Source: Candidatus Omnitrophota bacterium (GTDB lineage: Bacteria; Omnitrophota; Gorgyraeia; JABMRN01). Taken from it: a stretch of DNA of 39,224 nucleotides. The stretch is from positions 1-39,224 of the forward strand of contig JBDRBZ010000123.1 of NCBI GenBank assembly GCA_043822175.1, in the 5' to 3' direction. The translations under genes were made by a program, and so were the position numbers. Positions 23,406 to 32,031 of this stretch are shown in pieces (within the stretch, counting starts at the first letter, position 1; every line of letters starts with the position of its first letter). The notes under the pieces are model-generated. The model did not search any database, had not been told where the DNA came from, and saw nothing but the letters and a program-made list of their open reading frames with translations.

Positions 23406-23546
23406 ATGTCACCCAAAAAGCCGAAATCGCTGAAAATAAGAAAAAAATGGCGGATCAATCCGCGCACCCGCGTTAAAAAGAGCCGAATGGTATATTCACG
23501 GAAACAAAAAAGCACACTGGTACAGGAAGAATTGAGAGGGGCATAA
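23406..23546 (+). CDS. Tentative 46-aa highly basic micro-ORF (not in the ORF track)
   Basis: ATG 23406 to TAA 23544-23546. Translation: MSPKKPKSLKIRKKWRINPRTRVKKSRMVYSRKQKSTLVQEELRGA. It fills the promoter-to-hisG leader and ends 3 nt before the hisG ATG. There is no clear SD and I recognise no family. The A-rich sequence could yield Lys codons by chance. Confidence 0.3.
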   Translation: MSPKKPKSLKIRKKWRINPRTRVKKSRMVYSRKQKSTLVQEELRGA

Positions 23547-23549
23547 ACA

Positions 23550-24419
23550 ATGAAGCTGAAATTAGGCATTCCAAAGGGCAGCCTGCAGGAGTCAACAATC
23601 AGGATATTCAAAAAGGCGGGATTTAACGTACATGTTTCGCAAAGAAGCTATTTCCCGTCCATAGACGACAACGATATAGAGGCGGTTTTATTCAGGGCTC
23701 AGGAGATGTCAAGATATGTGGAAAACGGCCTCATAGACTGCGGAATAACGGGTAATGACTGGATACTTGAGAATAATTCTAAAGTCGTAAGGGTTGCGGA
23801 CCTTGTTTACGCGAAGCAGAGCATAAAACCTGTGCGGTGGGTGCTGGCCGTGCCCGTGAAATCAAAGATAAAAGGGGTAAAGGGACTGCACCGCAAGCGC
23901 GTAGCGACCGAACTGGTCAACGTAACCAGGGCATATTTCAGAAAGAAGAAGGTCCTGGCGGACGTGGAATTCAGCTGGGGCGCGACCGAAGTGAAGACCA
24001 AAATGGGCATTGACGGCATCGTTGAACTGACCGAGACAGGGGCCTCGTTGAGGGCGAATGACCTGCGCATAGTGGATACTGTCTGTGAATCCACGACGCA
24101 GTTTATCGCGAACAAAACCGCCTGGAATACCCCGTCAAAAAAGAGGAAAATGGAGGAAATCGTACTTTTGCTCAAAGGCGCCATTATGGCAGAAGACAAG
24201 GTCGGGCTGAAGATGAACGTAAATTCGGCAAACCTTGGAAGGGTGCTGGCCATCCTGCCGGCCATGAAGAAGCCCACCATATCGCACCTGTCCGAAAAAG
24301 GGTGGTTTGACGTGGATACGATTATCAGCGAGGCAGACGTAAAGAAGCTGATCCCCGGGCTAAAAAAGGCCGGGGCCCAAGGTATAATCGAATATCCCTT
24401 GAATAAAGTCATTGACTGA
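23550..24419 (+). CDS. hisG: ATP phosphoribosyltransferase, long form
   Basis: 289 aa. Shows [25 protein letters not shown] and a C-terminal regulatory domain. The RBS GAGAGGGG lies 8 nt upstream. Confidence 0.92.
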   Translation: MKLKLGIPKGSLQESTIRIFKKAGFNVHVSQRSYFPSIDDNDIEAVLFRAQEMSRYVENGLIDCGITGNDWILENNSKVVRVADLVYAKQSIKPVRWVLAVPVKSKIKGVKGLHRKRVATELVNVTRAYFRKKKVLADVEFSWGATEVKTKMGIDGIVELTETGASLRANDLRIVDTVCESTTQFIANKTAWNTPSKKRKMEEIVLLLKGAIMAEDKVGLKMNVNSANLGRVLAILPAMKKPTISHLSEKGWFDVDTIISEADVKKLIPGLKKAGAQGIIEYPLNKVID

Positions 24420-24437
24420 TGAGGAGGTGAGAAAAGG

Positions 24438-24533
24438 ATGCCCTGCGGGAGAAAGAGAAAAAGACACAAGATGGCGACACATAAAAGGAAAAAAAGGCTG
24501 AGAAGAGACAGACACAAGAAGAGAATCAGATAG
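24438..24533 (+). CDS. 31-aa Arg/Lys-rich protein resembling ribosomal protein bS22 (AURKAIP1/COX24-domain family); not in the ORF track
   Basis: GAGGAGGTGA (24421-24430) lies 7 nt before ATG 24438; the stop is TAG 24531-24533. Translation: MPCGRKRKRHKMATHKRKKRLRRDRHKKRIR. The pattern RKRK.KM..HK.RK.LRR.R matches my memory of bS22 from actinobacterial and Bacteroidota ribosomes. Confidence 0.6.
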   Translation: MPCGRKRKRHKMATHKRKKRLRRDRHKKRIR

Positions 24534-24536
24534 GAT

Positions 24537-26090
24537 ATGCGGGAAGGCGTTATCAAAATATGCGTTTTCTTGTGCGCGTTTTTTCCGTGTTTTAACGGTC
24601 CCGGAACATTGTGCCGGGCTCTGGAATTTCACGAAGCCGCGGCCGCGGCTGGCGATTCTGTCAAGGTTTCCCAAAAAGAAACAGAAGAGGAGCGTTTTGC
24701 CGACTGCCTTGCCCATTACACGATGGGCCTTATTTACGACAACCAGAGGGACACACACAAAGCGATAGCCGAATATAAAAAGGCGCTTCGCTGTAACGGA
24801 TGGAACTCCTACGTAAGGCTGAGGCTGGGCATAGATTATCTCGGGACCGGAAAAACGCGCCAGGCAATCCGGCAGTTTGAGCGCGTGAAAAAACTGGATC
24901 CTGACAACGCGGCGCCGTATCTCATCCTGGCCGTTGTGTATATGTCGGAAAAAAAGCATGACATGGCCAGAAAAGAATATGAAAGCGTCATAAAAAAAGA
25001 CCCCGGCAACGCGAAGGCGCTTTTTTCTCTCGCAGACCTCATGGTGATGCAGAGAAAATACAAAGAGGCGGTAGGGGTATACGAAAAAATAATCGCCTCT
25101 GAACCCGATTCGCCGCTCGGGCATTTCAACCTCGGTGTCGTATATACCAGGCTGAACCGGGTTGATGACGCTATAGCGCAAATACGCAAAGTGACCGAGC
25201 TCGAGCCCCGGTATCTTGAGGCGTATATCACACTGGGGCTGCTTTATGAGATTAAGGGGGATACCGAAAACTCTGAGCAGGCGTATCTGTCCGCGCTGAA
25301 AATCGATGCGCTCAATGCGGCTGTCTATAACCGCCTCGCTCAGCTTTATTACGGCGCGGGACAAACCGAAAAGGCAGTTTCCATTTACAGGAAGCTGGTG
25401 CACCTGTACCCCGGCGAACTGGAGAACTATATTCTACTCTATATGGCATACATGAAAGAAGGCCAGAGCGGTCCGGCGATAGATGTTTTGCGTAAAGCCG
25501 AAAACAGGGGATTCCAGGGGGTTAAGCTTAACAGAATGCTGGGGTACGCTTACATGATTTCCGGCGACAACGATGAAGCTGCCGCGTATTTGGGCAAGGT
25601 GCTTGCCGTAAATCCGGAAGACGCGTGGAGTTATTTTTATCTCGGCGTGATTTACGACAGGAAGGGCGACAGGGCAAATGCCGCGGGCGCGTTCCGGAAA
25701 GCGATCGGTTATGACGGGACGATGCACGAGGCGTACAATTATCTGGCGTACATGTATGCCGAGGAAGGCGCCAATCTGGATGATGCCGAAGATCTGGCAG
25801 TTAAGGCCCTTAAAATGGATCCGGGCAATGCCGCTTATCTTGACAGCCTGGGATGGATATACTACAAAAAGGGCGATATGGAGGGCGCGGTGAGAGAGCT
25901 GGAACAGTCCGTAGCCCGCGAAGGGGAGGATCCGGTAATAAGGGATCACATGGGCGATGTATACCATGCCCTGGGCATGGATGACACAGCCCGCGTCCAA
26001 TGGGAAAAATCACTTGAGCTTAAACCCGGACAGGATGAGATAAGAAACAAAATAAACGCTTTAAGCGACGTTCTGGAGAAAGCTGAATAG
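24537..26090 (+). CDS. Secreted or periplasmic tetratricopeptide-repeat (TPR) protein
   Basis: 517 aa with a hydrophobic N-terminal signal-like segment. This is followed by about 12 tandem 34-aa TPR-like units (recurring A..Y..AL...P....A...LG pattern). Confidence 0.8.
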   Translation: MREGVIKICVFLCAFFPCFNGPGTLCRALEFHEAAAAAGDSVKVSQKETEEERFADCLAHYTMGLIYDNQRDTHKAIAEYKKALRCNGWNSYVRLRLGIDYLGTGKTRQAIRQFERVKKLDPDNAAPYLILAVVYMSEKKHDMARKEYESVIKKDPGNAKALFSLADLMVMQRKYKEAVGVYEKIIASEPDSPLGHFNLGVVYTRLNRVDDAIAQIRKVTELEPRYLEAYITLGLLYEIKGDTENSEQAYLSALKIDALNAAVYNRLAQLYYGAGQTEKAVSIYRKLVHLYPGELENYILLYMAYMKEGQSGPAIDVLRKAENRGFQGVKLNRMLGYAYMISGDNDEAAAYLGKVLAVNPEDAWSYFYLGVIYDRKGDRANAAGAFRKAIGYDGTMHEAYNYLAYMYAEEGANLDDAEDLAVKALKMDPGNAAYLDSLGWIYYKKGDMEGAVRELEQSVAREGEDPVIRDHMGDVYHALGMDDTARVQWEKSLELKPGQDEIRNKINALSDVLEKAE

Positions 26091-26121
26091 CAGGCAAAAA
26101 ACGGAAGGAGCTGCACAAGAC

Positions 26122-26970
26122 ATGAGAGAAGACGCGACCGCACCCGATATCGGCACGCTGAAAAAAAAGGCCGTAGAAATACGGAAAGATATACTGAAAA
26201 TGCTTTACACGGCCGGGAGCGGCCACCCCGGAGGATCACTGTCGCTGGTGGAAATACTCGCGGCGCTCTATTATTGCGAGATGCGGTACGATCCGAAAAG
26301 GCCGGCCTGGAGGGAAAGGGATAAGCTGCTTTTGTCCAAAGGCCATGGATGCCCGGCTTTGTACGCCGTGCTGGCGGACAGAGGGTTTTTCCCGAGGCAG
26401 GAACTCTGGACATTGAGAAAACTCGGTACCCGGCTTCAGGGGCACCCCCAGCTGGGGCTTCCCGGGCTTGAGATATCGAGTGGTTCGCTCGGACAGGGGC
26501 TTTCCATCGCGAACGGCATGGCCCTGGCAGACAGGATGGACAACGTGAAAGCGCGAGTTTACTGCATAATGGGTGACGGCGAGACTAATGAAGGGCAGGT
26601 ATGGGAGGCGGCCATGACGGCCAGCCATTATAAATTGGATAATTTATGCGCGATTATAGACCATAATAAGATGCAGATCGACGGGTTCTGCTGCGAGGTG
26701 AAAGATATGACGAATTTCTGCAGCAAATGGTCAAGCTTCGGATGGCATGTAATCGAGGCGGACGGCCATGATTTCAGCCAGCTTATGGACGCGTTTGACA
26801 GGGCAAGGCAGGTCAAGGGCAAGCCGCAGGTGATAATGGCGCATACAATAAAGGGCGCGGGTGTTTCGTTCATGGAGAACAAGGTGAAATGGCACGGTGT
26901 CGCGCCGAAGAAAGACGAGTATGAGGCGGCGATCAAAGAACTGGACGGCGCCCGCTCCAAGCTTGGGTAA
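26122..26970 (+). CDS. Transketolase, N-terminal (TPP-binding) subunit
   Basis: 282 aa. Shows GSGHPGGSLS, SKGH..PALYA and GDGE.NEGQVWEA. It stops where split transketolases stop. Confidence 0.92.
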   Translation: MREDATAPDIGTLKKKAVEIRKDILKMLYTAGSGHPGGSLSLVEILAALYYCEMRYDPKRPAWRERDKLLLSKGHGCPALYAVLADRGFFPRQELWTLRKLGTRLQGHPQLGLPGLEISSGSLGQGLSIANGMALADRMDNVKARVYCIMGDGETNEGQVWEAAMTASHYKLDNLCAIIDHNKMQIDGFCCEVKDMTNFCSKWSSFGWHVIEADGHDFSQLMDAFDRARQVKGKPQVIMAHTIKGAGVSFMENKVKWHGVAPKKDEYEAAIKELDGARSKLG

Positions 26971-27012
26971 AAGCGAAGACGCGGGGCAGGACATAAAAAG
27001 GAGGCCACAACA

Positions 27013-28623
27013 ATGAGAAGATTTATGATGTATCTCAAGATGTACAAGATGATGATTATCGTCGCGGCGGTTGTCATCATCCTGCTCATAGGCACGGTTA
27101 TAGGGCTGATGTCTCTTGAGTCTTTTTACAGGAAGCTTACACTGGCCACGATGCCGCTTCAATTCCTGATGGCGGGTATACATGCCGGCATATTTGTCTT
27201 TATGTATCTTATTTTTCTCAGAGGGGGCTTTGCCAAGCTCGACAAGGCGCCCATAAGGGGAAAGGATATCGAAATCAGATGGAAGGACGTGATCGGCATG
27301 GACGACGCCAAGCAGGAGGCCTGGGAAGTGGTGCAGCTTATACGCGACAGGGCGCGGCTAATGGCGGTCGGCGGCAAGGTCATAAAAGGCCTGCTCATGG
27401 TCGGGCCTCCGGGATGCGGCAAGACATATCTGGCAAAGGCCATTGCCACGGAGGCGCGGCTGCCTTTCATATCGATGTCGGGAAGTGAATTTACGGAAAT
27501 ATTCGTCGGTGTGGGCGCGTCGCGGGTGAGGAAACTCTTCCAGAAAGCGCGCGATTACGCGTACGGATACGGCGGATGCATCATATTCATAGACGAACTT
27601 GATGCCATAGGGCGCGTGAGGCAGCTTTCCTGGGGCGGCGGCGGCCAGGAGACGAACGCCACGCAGAACCAGCTCCTTGTCGAGCTGGACGGTTTGAGGG
27701 AAAAGGGAGGCAATATAGTGGTCATAGGCGCGACAAACGCGCCCGAAGACAGCCTCGACAAGGCGCTTTTACGGCCCGGCAGATTTGACAGAAAGATATA
27801 CGTCAACTTCCCGGGGCTCGAGGACAGAGAAAAAATCTTCGCGTATTACCTGAGCAAAGTTCAGACGGATGACAGCATAGATGTGGGGCGCCTGGCCAGG
27901 AGGACTGTCAATAAATCACCGGCCGATATCGCCAACGCGGTCATGGAAGGCGCGCTGATCGCGACACGGAAAAAGAATGACAAGGTGAGCATGAAAGAGC
28001 TGAGCGAGGCATTCGAACGGATAGACCTCGGCATAAAACACAAGATCAGCATGACAAAAGAAGAAAAAGAGATGACGGCGTATCATGAATCCGGGCATCT
28101 TATCGTGACATATCTGCTGCACCCCACGGACGATGTGTTTAAGGCTTCGATTATACCGCGGGGTTCGGCTCTGGGGTATGTATATCCTACGCCCAAGGAA
28201 GAATCCCATTCCGCTAAAAAAGATAAAATACTGGCCGACATTAAAGTCGGCGTAAGCGGGTATGTGGCCGAAAAGCTTGTGTATAACACATCGACTGCGG
28301 GCGTGTCCAAAGATTTCAGTATGGCCATGGAAAAGGCGCATGTTATGGTTTGGTGCCTGGGCATGGGCGAATCCGGATACGTGGGCGATTACACGAGAAT
28401 ACCGAGCGAACAGCTTTCGGACGACATCAAACAGGCATTGAATAAAGACACGGGAAAGATACTCTCGGACTGCGTGTCCGATGTCGACGCGTTGCTCAAA
28501 GCGGAAAGGCCGCTCCTCGACCGGTTCGCGCAGGAGCTCCTCACGAAAGAGGAGCTGGAATATGACGAGATAGAGGCTATTTTCAAAGAATACAATAAGA
28601 CAAAACGTCCGTTTTCGACATAA
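27013..28623 (+). CDS. FtsH-family AAA+ zinc metalloprotease paralogue with a minimal extracytoplasmic loop
   Basis: 536 aa. Has Walker A GPPGCGKT (27403-27426), Walker B IIFIDELDA, the SRH/Arg finger LLRPGRFDR, and HESGH (28084-28098). The two N-terminal TM helices are separated by only ~11 aa (ESFYRKLTLAT). Confidence 0.85.
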   Translation: MRRFMMYLKMYKMMIIVAAVVIILLIGTVIGLMSLESFYRKLTLATMPLQFLMAGIHAGIFVFMYLIFLRGGFAKLDKAPIRGKDIEIRWKDVIGMDDAKQEAWEVVQLIRDRARLMAVGGKVIKGLLMVGPPGCGKTYLAKAIATEARLPFISMSGSEFTEIFVGVGASRVRKLFQKARDYAYGYGGCIIFIDELDAIGRVRQLSWGGGGQETNATQNQLLVELDGLREKGGNIVVIGATNAPEDSLDKALLRPGRFDRKIYVNFPGLEDREKIFAYYLSKVQTDDSIDVGRLARRTVNKSPADIANAVMEGALIATRKKNDKVSMKELSEAFERIDLGIKHKISMTKEEKEMTAYHESGHLIVTYLLHPTDDVFKASIIPRGSALGYVYPTPKEESHSAKKDKILADIKVGVSGYVAEKLVYNTSTAGVSKDFSMAMEKAHVMVWCLGMGESGYVGDYTRIPSEQLSDDIKQALNKDTGKILSDCVSDVDALLKAERPLLDRFAQELLTKEELEYDEIEAIFKEYNKTKRPFST

Positions 28624-28624
28624 G

Positions 28625-29614
28625 ATGAGAAATATTTTTCGCCTTTCGATTATCCTGATGTTGATTTTCGCCCTGGCAGGATGCAAGGCCACATTTCCTA
28701 AAGAGACCCTGGCCCAATCCATAGCCGCGTTGTGCCTGGAAGAGTATGGCCTGGAAATAAAGGCCGAGGTTATCGGCCAGACGCTGGCGGTTTACCTGCC
28801 TCTTAAGAGCCTGCTCGATCTATCCTTCGGCCTGAGCGAGGAGGCGCAGGATGCCATTCAGGATGTGCTCCTGTCGGCATCCCGGGTTGTCTTGAGTACG
28901 GACGCGGATATCCGATTTTATTGCGTGATAGCCCAGGATATAAGGCTGCCCGAACTGCAGGTTATAGTCATAAAATCGGTCGAAGACGTGAAGCGGGCGT
29001 ACTTTAACGACATATCGCGCGGCGAATACCTGAAAAGGACGATATTCGATATCAACATCAATCCCCAGTCAAGGAAAGAGCAGACCATAAAGGACGTGTT
29101 TAAGAAGTATAAACTGGATCCTGAGTGGCAGGACCAGATTCTCGAGGAGTTTTTCAGGAATACCCCCCTCGCGCTTAAGGATTTCGGCTACTGGAACGAC
29201 AGGTTCTACGTAAAGAATATCACCCTTCCCGAATTCATAGCAGAGCAGATAGTTTACAGGATAAGGATGCATTTTCGCGAGAACAAGGAGCTGGCCAGGA
29301 AGTACGTCGTAAAAGCGGTTAACGCGAGGTATGAGGAAGAAGGCAACGCGCGGCAGTTCCGCGTGGATTTTGACATCAAGCTGAACGAAGTGCTGAAGGT
29401 CCTCGGGGAGGCCGGCGGCGACGATGGAGTTATCTTCGGGAACGTGATGGAGGAAATAGCGGACTGCGTGTACGGGTATAAATTTGAGGACTTTGATTCG
29501 GTGAAATGCGTCGATGCCGCGAGCGGCAAAAAACTCACCGTCTCCAAGAATGAGATATACGCGCTTAAGAAAAGAAAGATAAACATGGATAACGTCCTGG
29601 CCGGTTTAAGCTGA
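28625..29614 (+). CDS. Orphan lipoprotein
   Basis: 329 aa. The signal peptide has the lipobox LAGC (28673-28684, Cys20). The ATG lies 1 nt after the FtsH-like stop. I recognise no family. Confidence 0.7.
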   Translation: MRNIFRLSIILMLIFALAGCKATFPKETLAQSIAALCLEEYGLEIKAEVIGQTLAVYLPLKSLLDLSFGLSEEAQDAIQDVLLSASRVVLSTDADIRFYCVIAQDIRLPELQVIVIKSVEDVKRAYFNDISRGEYLKRTIFDININPQSRKEQTIKDVFKKYKLDPEWQDQILEEFFRNTPLALKDFGYWNDRFYVKNITLPEFIAEQIVYRIRMHFRENKELARKYVVKAVNARYEEEGNARQFRVDFDIKLNEVLKVLGEAGGDDGVIFGNVMEEIADCVYGYKFEDFDSVKCVDAASGKKLTVSKNEIYALKKRKINMDNVLAGLS

Positions 29615-29646
29615 TCCGGGACCGCGGTAAAAGGAGAAAAGACAGC

Positions 29647-30657
29647 ATGACAGTAAGAAAGCTTGAGAAGAATGAGGCAAAACAGCAGGCGCTCCCTACA
29701 AGGGACGGTTTCGGGAAAGGGCTCCTGGAGCTCGGGGCAAAAGACAAAAACGTGGTGGTCCTTTCGGCTGACCTTACCGATTCGACGCGCGCGGCCTGGT
29801 TCAGGGACGCGTATCCGGACAGATTCCTCGGCTTCGGCGTAGCCGAGCAGGATATGTTCGGCGCGGCCGCGGGCCTGGCGCTGCTCGGGAAAATACCGTT
29901 CGCGTGCACGTTCGGCGTTTTCGCCAGCGGAAGGGCGTGGGATCAGATCAGGATCTCATTGGCATACATGAATTTAAATGTGAAAATCGGCGGCACGCAC
30001 GGCGGTATTTCCGTCGGCCCTGACGGCGCGACCCACCAGGCGCTTGAGGAGATCACCCTTATGCGCATGCTGCCCAACATGACGATCGTCGTGCCCTGTG
30101 ACGCGGTCGCGGCGAAAAAGGCAACGCTGGCCGCTGCGGCGTTAAAGGGGCCGGTGTACATAAGATTGGGGCGAAGCGCCGTGCCGGTCATAACCCGGGA
30201 AAACGATTTTTTTAAAATCGGGAAAGCCAACGTTCTCAACAAAGGGGATGACATAACCGTCTTCGCGTGCGGGCAGGTGGTATATGAGGCGCTCGCGGCC
30301 GCGAAAATTCTCAAAAAAGAGGGAATTGAAGCGAGGGTGATCAACCTTCATACGCCGAAGCCGATTGACAGAAGCGCCATTATCAAAGCGGCGCGCGAGA
30401 CAGGCGCCATAGTCACGGTAGAGGAGCACACGCTTTACGGCGGGTTCGGCAGCGCCATAGCCGAGGTCGTGATAGAGAAATGCCCGGTTATAATGAAGAT
30501 GATAGGGGTGAAAGATACTTTCGGAGAATCAGGCGAACCCGAAGAACTGTTCGAGCACTTCGGCCTTACGGCCAAACATATTGTGCAGGCTGCCCGGCAG
30601 GCCATTAAAGAGAAAAGGCCGCGCTTGCCGGAGAGGCCGCGAAAGAAAAGAAAATGA
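29647..30657 (+). CDS. Transketolase, C-terminal (pyrimidine-binding) subunit
   Basis: 336 aa. Shows FGVAEQDM.GAAAGLA and GGTH.G.S.G.DG.THQ. Confidence 0.92.
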   Translation: MTVRKLEKNEAKQQALPTRDGFGKGLLELGAKDKNVVVLSADLTDSTRAAWFRDAYPDRFLGFGVAEQDMFGAAAGLALLGKIPFACTFGVFASGRAWDQIRISLAYMNLNVKIGGTHGGISVGPDGATHQALEEITLMRMLPNMTIVVPCDAVAAKKATLAAAALKGPVYIRLGRSAVPVITRENDFFKIGKANVLNKGDDITVFACGQVVYEALAAAKILKKEGIEARVINLHTPKPIDRSAIIKAARETGAIVTVEEHTLYGGFGSAIAEVVIEKCPVIMKMIGVKDTFGESGEPEELFEHFGLTAKHIVQAARQAIKEKRPRLPERPRKKRK

Positions 30658-31535
30658 AATCCCTCACATTATGGGCGCCGGCTAAGGTTAATCTGTACCT
30701 GAGGGTGAAGAGAAAGCGGCCGGACGGGTACCACGACATAGAGACGCTCTTTGAAAGAATAAATATAAAGGACCGGATAACCGTTTCCGTGACAAAAGGG
30801 CGGATGACCGTGACAACATCGGGCATCCCTGTCCCGGCCGGCAGAAAAAACATCTGCTATAAGGCCGCGGCGCTTTTAAAAAAGGGATACGGCGTCAAAT
30901 CGCGGGTCAAAATACATATTGAGAAGCGAATACCGGTTGCGGCCGGTCTTGGCGGCGGCTCGAGCGACGCGGCGGGTGTTTTAAAGGCGCTTAACAGGCT
31001 GTGGAAGCTGTCTATCGGGGAGGACGCCATGATGCGCATCGCGGCCCGCGTAGGGGCTGACGTACCCTTTTTCATTAAAGATGTCTCTTTTGCGCGGGGT
31101 TCGGGTATCGGTGACAGGCTGATTCCCGTAAAATCCAGAACAGTGATCTGGCATCTGGTTGTAACCCCGCCTATCAGGACGCTATCAGGTACAATATATA
31201 AGATGTATGATAAGAAGGGGTGTTTGCCCTTGACAAGGCCGGGGGGTACTGATAAAATGAAAACCCCCAAAAATCTTATAAGCAACAGGGGACAGCTCAG
31301 TTCATTCCTTTGCAATGATTTGGAGGAGACCGCAGTCAATATGTGTCCGCTGATAGGGCGCATAAAGGCGGAAATGTTAAGCGCGGGGGCGTTAGGCGCC
31401 CTTGTTTCGGGCAGCGGCCCCAGCGTATTCGCTGTATATCGGACACGAAAGGAGGCACTGAAGGGGAAGCGTTTATGTATGGAGCGCCTTCCAGCGGACA
31501 ACGGATGGCGCGTGTTCGTGGCGAGAACATTCTGA
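30654..31535 (+). CDS. ispE: 4-diphosphocytidyl-2-C-methyl-D-erythritol kinase
   Basis: 293 aa. Shows APAKVNLYLRV and the GHMP-kinase motif PVAAGLGGGSSDAA. There is an ATGA overlap with the upstream gene. Confidence 0.92.
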   Translation: MKSLTLWAPAKVNLYLRVKRKRPDGYHDIETLFERINIKDRITVSVTKGRMTVTTSGIPVPAGRKNICYKAAALLKKGYGVKSRVKIHIEKRIPVAAGLGGGSSDAAGVLKALNRLWKLSIGEDAMMRIAARVGADVPFFIKDVSFARGSGIGDRLIPVKSRTVIWHLVVTPPIRTLSGTIYKMYDKKGCLPLTRPGGTDKMKTPKNLISNRGQLSSFLCNDLEETAVNMCPLIGRIKAEMLSAGALGALVSGSGPSVFAVYRTRKEALKGKRLCMERLPADNGWRVFVARTF

Positions 31536-31557
31536 GATCGAGAAAGGAGAATGAAGC

Positions 31558-32022
31558 ATGGAGATCACCGAAGTACGTGTTTTTCTGAAGGAGGGGCCGG
31601 ATAAGAAGCTTAAGGCTTATGCGACGCTGACATTCGACAATTGTTTTGTGGTAAGGAATGTAAAGGTTATTCAGGGCACGAAGGGGCTTTTTGTGGCGAT
31701 GCCTTCGAGAAAAATCAGGGAGGCGTGCCCGAAGTGCCATTATAAAAATACGGCGAGAAGCAGATATTGCAGTCAATGCGGATCGGCCCTTCCGCAGCAG
31801 CCGCAGCAGCAGAATGCGGCCGTGGCGAGGCAGGCCGAACATAGGGATATCGCGCATCCCATAACACTTGAGTGCAGGGAGATGATTCAGAGAAAGGTGC
31901 TTGAGGCTTATGATGCCGAGGCGGCGAAAGAGCCGAAGGCAAGGGCGCGGTTTGAGGATGAGGACAGCCCGGTTGCGGAAGAGAACTTCGACGAGATAGA
32001 AGGCAGGGATATAGCGCTGTAA
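31558..32022 (+). CDS. spoVG: SpoVG-family protein with an inserted zinc ribbon and an acidic C-terminal extension
   Basis: The SpoVG core is present: MEITEVRVFL...LKAYATLTFDNCFVVRNVKVIQGTKGLFVAMPSRK and RDIAHPIT..REMIQ. CPKC (31726-31737) and CSQC (31768-31779) lie in the loop between FVAMPS and RDIAHP. The protein is 154 aa, against about 95 aa for the canonical form. Confidence 0.85.
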   Translation: MEITEVRVFLKEGPDKKLKAYATLTFDNCFVVRNVKVIQGTKGLFVAMPSRKIREACPKCHYKNTARSRYCSQCGSALPQQPQQQNAAVARQAEHRDIAHPITLECREMIQRKVLEAYDAEAAKEPKARARFEDEDSPVAEENFDEIEGRDIAL

Positions 32023-32031
32023 AGACGCCGT

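Noticed and set aside
23373-23549. The hisG leader was considered as a histidine attenuator or a T-box riboswitch.
   Set aside because: The leader ORF has no His codons, there is no T-box consensus (AGGGUGGUACCGCG-like) and no terminator hairpin with a U-tract. Only small 4-5 bp hairpins are present.
23372-23611. A 79-aa - strand ORF spans the hisG leader and start.
   Set aside because: It overlaps the hisG start codon and RBS, is a low-complexity translation of T-rich antisense sequence, and has no RBS. The + strand interpretation is more economical.
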